Below, in pieces: positions 55,395 through 64,000 of a DNA stretch of 64,000 bases (position 1 is the first letter of the stretch; every line of letters begins with the position of its first letter). Source of the stretch: Octopus vulgaris (lineage: Eukaryota); the NCBI GenBank assembly GCA_951406725.2, contig OX597835.1, positions 48,980,001 to 49,044,000 of the forward strand, written 5' to 3'. The position numbers and the translations under genes were made by a program. The notes below the pieces were generated by a model, which saw only the letters and a program-made list of their open reading frames with translations, was not told the DNA's origin and did not search any database.

Positions 55395-55692
55395 TAGTTT
55401 TATTTTTATAGCGTGCTTTCACTTCACTACCGAGCGCAGCTCTGTGTGCCTTGGGTATGTGCTGTGATTTGTTGTGATGCTCTGATGGTTATTGTATTGA
55501 AAGTGTTTTACGTAGGACGTGTGCGGTGCCTAGTAGTGCAATTTTCTGTATGTTATATGTGTTTGTAAGTCCTGGTGTTTATGTTATGTATTTGTCTGAA
55601 TATTTTTTTATCATGCCTAATGCGCCTACTATGATAGGAATTGTTTCTGTTTTTAGATTCCACATTCTGGTTACCTCTATTTCCAGGTCTTT

Positions 55693-55696
<4 letters not shown>
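55392..55696 (-). mobile_element. R4/Dong-like 3' end
   Basis: KDLEIEVTRMWNLKTETIPIIVGALGMIKKYSDKY; flanked by (TTA)n. Confidence 0.88.
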
Positions 55697-55745
<49 letters not shown>

Positions 55746-55780
55746 GTTATTATTATCATTATTATTATCATTATTATTAT

Positions 55781-56244
55781 TCAGTAGTTTTATTTTTATA
55801 GCGTGCTTTCACTTCACTACCGAGCGCAGCTCTGTGTGCCTTGGGTATGTGCTGTGGTTTGTTGTCATGCTCTTATGGTTACTGTATTGAAAGTGTTTTA
55901 CGTAAGATGTGTGCGGTGCCCAGTAGTGCAATTTTCTGTATGTTATATGTGTTTGTAAGTCCTGTTGTTTTTGTTATGTATTTTCCTGAATATTTTTTAT
56001 CATGCCTAAGGCACCTACTATGATAGGAATTGTTTCTGTTTTTAGATTCCACATTCTGGTTACCTCTATTTCCAGGTCTTTGTATTTTGAAAGTTTCTCC
56101 ATTTCTTTTAGAGAAACGTTGTCATCTGCCGGTATTGATACATCAATTAGAAAGCATTTTTTTCTTCATGATCTCTGACAACTATATCTGGTCTGTTGGC
56201 CTTAATTTCTCTATCTGTGTGTATCGGCATATCCCAGAGTATGG

Positions 56245-56245
<1 letters not shown>
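55781..56245 (-). mobile_element. R4/Dong-like 3' end (tandem with previous)
   Basis: ILWDMPIHTDREIKANRPDIVVRD; near-identical 3' UTR; flanked by (TTA)n. Confidence 0.9.
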
Positions 56246-56306
<61 letters not shown>

Positions 56307-56383
56307 CATTATTATAATTATTAATATTATTATTATTACTATCATTATTATTATTATTAGTATCATTATTATTATTAGTATCA

Positions 56384-56451
<68 letters not shown>

Positions 56452-56589
56452 GAATCTCTAGAGAATCGAAAAAGTGTATTGCGATGTTAGTTCTGGTTCT
56501 TTAAGCAAAAATGTTGAAATAATCGACTGTTCCTCTCTACCCCTGATAGATGCTTTTTGCATATGTCGTAAATAAAAATTGATATTGTG

Positions 56590-56760
56590 GATTAGCAGAA
56601 ATCCGACTCAACGTTCTGAGTTCAAGCCCGATCAACTGAACATTGATTTTTTGCTTTCATCCTTTCGGGGTCGGTAAAATAAGTACTAAACACTGGGGTC
56701 GATGCAATCAACTTACCCGTAATTGCTGGCCTTGTGCTAAAGTGGGGAAAGGTTTATTAA
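56590..56760 (+). mobile_element. SINE family D fragment
   Basis: acgttctgagttcaa...tttcatcctttcggggtcggtaaaataagtac. Confidence 0.7.
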
Positions 56761-58441
56761 GAATGTTTCATCTGAGTGAGGGCTTTTTGCAGGACCCTGT
56801 AGTTCTTCCTCATGTTAGTGCTGCTACTTCTGCTGCTGCTGCTGCTGTTGTTGTTGTTGTTGTTGATGTTGTTGATGTCGTTGTCATTGTTGCTGCCGCT
56901 AAATTTTTGCTTTTGGTGAGAAGGAGAAGGGAATTATTGTAGGTTTGCTTGTGGGTATATGGCGTTTTGTTTTGGGTTCTTTATTTTTAGTGGGAAGATT
57001 GTTGTAGAGGGCGTTGGTGGGGGCTTCACTTTGGGGCGTTGGCATTTCTTTCATTGTATTGGTGTCGATGCCGGTGTAGATGTTGTTTCAGGGTTGGATA
57101 GAGGGTGTTTGGTTGAAGGCTTTGCCCCTAATTTCTCTCCGCAACACATAAATAAATCTTTCAAAATTTTTACTTATTTATTTATTTACTTATTTAGACA
57201 TAAATTTATATCCATACCTTTTTATTTTTTATTTTTTTTCAGTGGAGAAGTAAAACGAAAATTTTTTCGCAGATTTCTTAAATTTTTTTGATGGCGAACA
57301 GAAGGGGAGTTGTTTGGATTTTGGGGTTTTTTTTTCTTCTGCGAAGTTTTTAGGGGAGAATTTTATTTTTATTTCGCATTTTGTATTTCTTTATTATATT
57401 TTTGTATTTCATTCTTTCGGTTTTTTAGAGAGAAAAAACACCAAAGCAATAAAGCGGCAAAGAGTGAATATGGAAGGGGAAATTTGAAAACTGGAAAGAG
57501 GACATATTTAATTTATTTATTTATTTATTTATTGCGTTGTTTATCGGAATCTATTGTGCATTTATATGTATGTGTGTGTGTGTATATATATGCATGCATA
57601 CACACATCCATGTATGCATGTATACATACATACATACATACATACATACATGAATGCATGTTTGCATACATACACACATACATAGACAGATAGAAAGATA
57701 CGCAGGCATGTATAAACAAACAAACATGCACGAACACCCGCATACATATGCGACTGACAGAGTATATATACATATATAAGTATGTATGTATGTATTATAT
57801 ATGCACACACAAACGTTTGCCCATGAACTTACACTCTCACTCACAGATACGCACACTCATGCGCGCGCGCACGGATCACTATTGAAGCCAACGAAGGCCC
57901 GGCTCAGCACGACAACCATACCCCACCCACTCACCACCCACCCGTCAACGCTTTAGTTTGTGTAATTAATAAGGTATAATTAAGTGTTGAATGTAAACTT
58001 AAAAAATAAAAATTATTCCTTAATTTTCTACCGATCCCTCCCCTACGCCAGAAGCCTCCACCCCACACACTGTCCCACGGAACAAAGACGGTGACATTAT
58101 AGAATCGTCAAAGCAGCGGATAGATTAGAAACTCTCTCAGTACTTCTTCCAAATTTCTGCGTCCTGATTTCAAATCCTGCCGAGGAACAACTTTGCGTTT
58201 AATTATCTCAAGACCGATAAAACAGAAATACTAATAGAGGGCGACGAATTTTCAGAAATATAAGAACATTGGACCTGATACCTTGTGGTATTTGTTCTGA
58301 CTCTTATCATTCTGATTTTAAATCCTGCTTGCGTGGGCCCAAAGTGGGATTAAAACTCCATCGCCCATTTTAACATCATCGACTAGAGGCTTCAGTCGCT
58401 CATCGACGGTATAAAATCCACTCAGTTGCAAGCATTCGGAG

Positions 58442-58813
58442 CAGCACTGGGTTAACCATTAAGCAAAATAAGCACGTGCTTAGGGCATTAGGGCAGCGGG
58501 GTGTCACAGAAATGGTAGATGGTTTACGGCACAAAAGAAATCACTTTAAATTTGCAAAAAATAATATTGGAAGTGTTTTATATGATCGGGAATAAAATTA
58601 TCAAATGTGTTACGCACGATTAATGTTGAGGATCTGATCAAAGATTTTGCAATTAAAAAGGTAGAAAACTGTTCAAATATAAATAAGGTGGAAATAACAA
58701 AAATAAAAATTATTTTCCCTCTTACTGTTCGTTTATATCTTGAATTACATATATTTGGAGGCACCAAAGTCTTTTAAGCGCTTAGGGCCTTAATGGGTCT
58801 TAATTCGGTTCTA
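58442..58813. mobile_element. hAT-like MITE with 8-bp TSD
   Basis: Flanks attcggag / attcggac; degenerate TIRs; a related end in opposite orientation at 59518-59557. Confidence 0.7.
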
Positions 58814-58929
58814 ATTCGGACCGAACCTCCTGAATGACAATAAGTTCCTCTGTCTTTCTGTATCTTCAGTCTCGGAATTACTGTGAATAGTCATAGACAC
58901 TGCCTTCTTTCTGAAGTAGATCTAGTTTT

Positions 58930-59230
58930 GTCATCAACCCCGGGATTCCTAAGGCCGGAGCTTAACCCGTTATCGTTGGCGTAAAGTGTGACTGAGCTTA
59001 CAACTCCGCTTTTACCCTGAATAGGACGAAGGTCCGTCGAATGGCAAATTCCAGGCTATTGCCGGGAATTTTAACTTATTCGCGGCTGAGTGGACTGAAG
59101 TGTCATGAGAAGCACAGTATTATTTTTCCTCAAAAACAAAAGTACAATACACTGCCCGCTCCTGGAATCGAAACCACAGTCTTACGAGCGTAAGTCCGAC
59201 ACTCTGACCACTAAGTCTCTCACCTCCGCC
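58930..59230 (-). mobile_element. tRNA-derived SINE (family B/C-like), diverged
   Basis: ttagtggtcagagtgtcggact...ggtttcgattccagg head; ggctgagtggactgaa central motif. Confidence 0.65.
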
Positions 59231-59755
59231 CTCCTCATTGAGAGATAAGAAATATCAACTACAACCCGGCGCTTATTTTTTGGTTTGCATAATTACACAA
59301 AACAACAATATATATAACCAATATAAGTAAAAATTATCTACTTGTATCTAGGATAATTAGAAAAAATGCTAATTTTCAACATTTATTTTGTATTCATTAA
59401 AAAAAAGTACTCTTAAATTTACCATTTGCATTTCCTGCGCCGGATTTGCCATAGGAAATCCAGCAGTAAAAAGAAAAAATCGCAAAACTCCGTGGAGCTC
59501 CCTTCCCATGGCGCCCAAAGCACGTGCTTGTTTTGTTTAATACATAACCTGACCCTGTATATATTCGTTACGACACAACTGTACATGAAATTGTGTTATT
59601 TATATTTTACACACGCATTCACGCCTACCATACTAAATTTCACCCTCGTATTATATACACTGTCAATTTTATACACACATGCGCACATACATATTCATTT
59701 GCATGTTTATACGCATTGAACAAGTCAGATTTTCCAATACGATATATATGTGTTC

Positions 59756-59804
<49 letters not shown>

Positions 59805-60276
59805 GTGTGTGCGTGTATGTATGTATATATGTATGTATGCGTACATGACTAGGCGTCCACATGTACACGCAGCTAGCTGTTTTAAATACGAATGTATATA
59901 GACACGCAGATATATTTCCCATAAAACATTGACAGTTACGCACAGCTAATAATTACTTTATAAACACTTCTACATGGTCGTATTGAATTATATACACTTA
60001 TTTTCAAACCGCAAGGAGACATTCACATAAAAAAAAAAAACCTAACTTCATAAAGACACACGCACACAGCCATATGCAGGCAGACATATGCGCATCCGCA
60101 GGCGATCCCTTTTAACATAAACACTTCCACAGATACTCACGGGGCCTTCAAATACAGAGGAATGCAGTGATTGGTATGCATTCATGCATATTGATACGTA
60201 GGTTAGCTTATATACGCAGGGGTATACAGTGATACATAACCGTATGACATATGCCCACATATACGTAAAGATATAT

Positions 60277-60338
<62 letters not shown>

Positions 60339-60374
60339 ATATATATATGCAAATACAAATATGTTATACATATA

Positions 60375-60685
60375 GGGCACGGACGTGTGTGTGCCAATCA
60401 CATGGTTCTGAGTTCGGTCCCACTGTGTGACGCTTTGGGGAAGTGTCTTCTACTGTAGCCTCGAGCTGTGAAGGATTTGGTAGACGGAAACTGAAGAAGC
60501 CAGTAATATATATATGTTTGTGCGTCTGTGTTGGTTTCTTTACGTCCCTGTAATCTAGCAGTTTGAGAAAAGTGACTGAGGCTTGAAAATAGTGCTGGTG
60601 TCGATTTCTTCGACTACAAACACTCCAAGTCGGGGACCCAGCATGGTCGCAGTCTAATGACTGAAGCTAGTAAAATAGGTAAAAG
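60375..60685 (+). mobile_element. SINE family A, diverged
   Basis: cacatggttctgagttcggtcccactg...ggatttggtagacggaaactgaag...cagcatggtcgcagtctaatgactgaa. Confidence 0.8.
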
Positions 60686-61284
60686 ATATATAAAGAGTCA
60701 CACACACACACACAGATAGATAGAGAGAGAGAGACAGTGACAGAAAGACAGACAGATAGAGAGAGAGAGTGAGAGAGAGATACTGATAGATTGAGAGATT
60801 CATAGATAGGTAGGTGTGTGTGTGTGTGTGTGTGTGTCTGTGTTAAACAATGTTCGTAATGTCTATCAAGTGATTTCATATGAGTTTTGAATAACGATAA
60901 AATAACCGCAAAGGGATAGAGTCATTCTAACATTTTCATACACGAGAATTGTTAATTCTTTAGTGTGTCCTTATTACTTCATTGCAATAATTATGTCTAA
61001 TATATCATAAGTCGGCCGATATGGACCTTGATATTTCGATTTCAACATCTCAAAAAAAAAAAATCAAAGTTTAGTTGATTGAGATTGAACTCAGAACGTT
61101 GAGTTGGATTTCTGCTAATCCATCGTATTAATTTTTATTTACGATATATGCACAAAGCCAAAGACTTCTGGGGTCGAGAGGAACAGTCGATTCTATCAAC
61201 AACATTACAGCTTAAAGAAACAGAACCAACACCGCAATGCATTTCCTTCGATACTCTAGCGATTCTAATAGTAATAATAATAAT

Positions 61285-61827
61285 AAATGCCCTGATGCAG
61301 TACCAGGCAGTGGCTCTCATGGCTTCTGATCTTAACTGACTGGAAGTGTTATCATGTACATTGTTTTGTCTTGGTATAAAAGATGGGCTACAGCAAATAT
61401 TCTGCTCAATACCACAGATTTGCTTGTCAGTTGTTTGACCTTAACCAGTTGTGCTGACGATATGCGCATATCTGACCACGAGCAGAAGTAGTGGGGAGCA
61501 TCATAGCCATGTGCTGAGAGGGATTCTTTGGGGTTTGAATAATTCACCTCTGGAAAATTGGCTGTTTCGTTCAACATCCTTAAATAACCCTTATTCAGGG
61601 ACCTTTTGAGCGGGATGGGCTACTTGACCAGAAAAAAATTCTAACTGGGCCCAACCTGCAAGGTCATGTGCTGTTTATCTTCATATGAGGTCACCATGTC
61701 GCGCACATATGGTTGCGATGCATGTGCCTAGTGTGCCCTTATTAGACGGGTAATCATGATGGGTATACTGGGCTTCGTATATTTTACCTCAGTGTCACTG
61801 GGGTAAAATACACTGCTCTCTCACTCA
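61285..61827 (+). mobile_element. Family E element, opposite orientation, flanked by (TAA)n
   Basis: Reverse complement of 2871-3432. Confidence 0.85.
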
Positions 61828-61841
61828 ATAATAATAATAAT

Positions 61842-62172
61842 AGGCACACGGCCTTAAATCTGGTGTGAGATTACTACTCAATTACATAGACCTAGTGCTT
61901 AACTGGTACTTAATTTATCAACCCCGAAAGGATGAAAAGCAAAGTCATCCTCGGCGGAATTTGAACTCAGAACATAGCGACAGACAAAATACCGCTAAGT
62001 ATTTCGCCCGGCCTGTTAACGACTCTGCTAGCTCACCGTCATAATAATAATAATGATAATAATAATAATAATAATAATCTTTTCAACTAAAGGCACAAGG
62101 CTTGAAATATTTGAGGAAGGGCCAAGTCGATTACATTAAATCCGTACTCAACTGGTACTTATTTCCTCGACC
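61842..62172 (-). mobile_element. SINE family D copy plus tail fragment
   Basis: ccccgaaaggatgaaaagcaaagtc...gaactcagaac...gctcaccg. Confidence 0.8.
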
Positions 62173-62444
62173 CTCTCGCTATGCGGTTTTTTTTCTCTCT
62201 TTCCGCATGCTAATGACTCCACCAGTCCGCCATCGGTGCTCATTCATTCGTACAACATCCGCTTATGAAAGGTTTTCTCAGCGTTTAGGGTTAAGCAAGC
62301 TTGGTTAAACGTTAAAAAGAACGTTATTTTAAAAACTGCTTTTGATGGGATTAGATGAACTGAGAATCGAACCATATTTCGAAGTCCCAGTCAACACGAT
62401 TTTCATAAAAAAACATGATTAGGTGGAAAATAATAATAATAATG

Positions 62445-62491
<47 letters not shown>

Positions 62492-62569
62492 CTGTGGGTG
62501 TGGCAAGATTGTTATACGATATGGAAAAGCATTAAAACATATACACAATGCGAATGCATAGAAGAATAT

Positions 62570-62735
62570 AGGTGCAGACGTGACTATCTGGTAAGAAGTT
62601 GGCTTCTTAAGCACAAGGTTCCGGGTTCAGTTTCACTATGAAGAACCTTGATTGAGTGTCGTCTACTATAGCTTCGGGCCGCCCAAAGCCTTGTGAATGG
62701 ATTAGGTAAACGGAAACTGAAAGAAACCTGTTGTA
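62570..62735 (+). mobile_element. SINE family A 5' half
   Basis: ggttccgggttcagt...gtcgtctactatagc...ggaaactgaaagaaacc. Confidence 0.8.
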
Positions 62736-62758
62736 TGTATGTATGTATGTATGTATGT

Positions 62759-62811
<53 letters not shown>

Positions 62812-62950
62812 AGCAAACATGCTAGAGTTTAGTAATGTTGGGTTCATACAAATATTGGGTCGTAGTTTCGGTTCCTTGACTAATTATTTTTTGTTAAGTC
62901 TGCTGTCTATTTGCAAAATCAGAGACTGGAAAGTAACTGATATTCTGTGG

Positions 62951-63077
62951 ATCGTAGCAGAAAGTTTTGGCAGGAATACAGCAACCGAACGTCTTCCACT
63001 GAAGAAGTGCGGTAGACTGAAATGAGGTCATCTGGTAATTCCGGCACCCATACCAGATGATTCTCGTCTGCTACGAT
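62951..63077 (+). ncRNA. Hammerhead-ribozyme-like motif with long stem III
   Basis: CTGAAGA (62999-63005), stem II agt/act, GAAA (63019-63022), stem III tgaggtcatctggta/taccagatgattctcg, GTC (63066-63068). Confidence 0.65.
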
Positions 63078-63233
63078 ATATCTGTACCTTTATGCACCAT
63101 GCATCTATGTGAAAAGTCTTTTCAAAACGAATACCGCAGTATTCAGTGTTCTAACAAGACATCCACAACAAGTTAGATATAAACATTGTCTTTTGATACT
63201 AATACTATTTCTGCCACTTATAATTACATATAT

Positions 63234-63333
<100 letters not shown>

Positions 63334-63349
63334 ATATATATAAATATAT

Positions 63350-64000
63350 CAACTATGCGAACCTGTTCGTTGGCTATGTTGAGGCCCAAATATTCTCTAC
63401 TTTCACTGGTCCCACTCCTGAACTATATGGTCGTTATATTGACGACATTATCGGTGCCACCTCACTCTCCCGCGAACATCTATTCCTTCCTCTCTTTCGT
63501 CCAATCTTTCCATCCAGCCCTCCACTTCACTTCCACTATCTCCAACACCTCTGTCTCCTTCCTCGACATTTCGGTTAGCATTCTTGACTCCACTCTTACC
63601 ACCTCCATTCACTACAAACACACAGACTCACACTCATACCTCAACTTCTCTTCCTCCCACCCAGAACACACCAAGCTTTCCATCCCCTATTCCCAATTCC
63701 TCCGTCTACGTAGGCTCTGTAGTGACGACCATGACTTTGAGACTCAGTCTCAACGTATGGCTCACCACTTCACCCTACGTGGATACCCCCTCACCACTAT
63801 CCACACCGCCCTTGCCAGAGCACGGTCCGTGGACCGTGTATCTGCTCTCTCTCCCCGAACCCGCCCTGTAGTCTCCCGCCTCCCTTTTCCCCTCACTTAC
63901 CACCCCACGACCCTACGTCTCCAACGCACCATTCTTCGAGCTTTCCGTCGTCTCCAGTCCGACCCGTCCACTTCACACCTCTTCCCTAACCGACCCCTCC
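63350..64000 (+). mobile_element. Penelope-like element RT (5'-truncated at (TA)n, one frameshift, runs off the window)
   Basis: [10 protein letters not shown]...YGRYIDDI; SFLDI; YKHTDSHSYLNFSSSHPEHTKLSIPYSQFLRLRRLCS; RGYP; LTYHP. Confidence 0.93.

Noticed and set aside
58442-59557. Single 1.1-kb transposon defined by 40-bp inverted ends
   Set aside because: An 8-bp TSD closes the first element at 58813; better explained as two related MITEs in opposite orientation

Overview
AT-rich, microsatellite-saturated eukaryotic DNA. The repeat repertoire strongly suggests a coleoid cephalopod, most likely Octopus (inference from family resemblance). I cannot support any host protein-coding exon, rRNA, true tRNA gene or CRISPR array, and nearly all ORFs in the track are artefacts of simple repeats. 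The window is a transposon graveyard: (i) about 30 tRNA-headed SINE copies of 3-4 families; (ii) 11 fragments of R4/Dong-like RLE retrotransposons, all on the minus strand and mostly abutting (TAA)n, plus a conserved ~560-bp non-coding element flanked by (TAA)n; (iii) L1/Tx1-like, RTE and CR1/L2-like LINE remnants; (iv) a Penelope-like RT at the right edge and several Penelope-type terminal-repeat remnants; (v) non-autonomous Helitrons, hAT-like MITEs and a Tc1/mariner head-to-head fusion. The most interesting signal is a set of about 10 hammerhead-ribozyme-like motifs (CUGANGA...GAAA...NUH). Several sit in both arms of short foldback elements next to (TA)n, and one near-intact copy has an unusual branched stem I. 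Ribozyme activity is inferred from motif and hand folding only.
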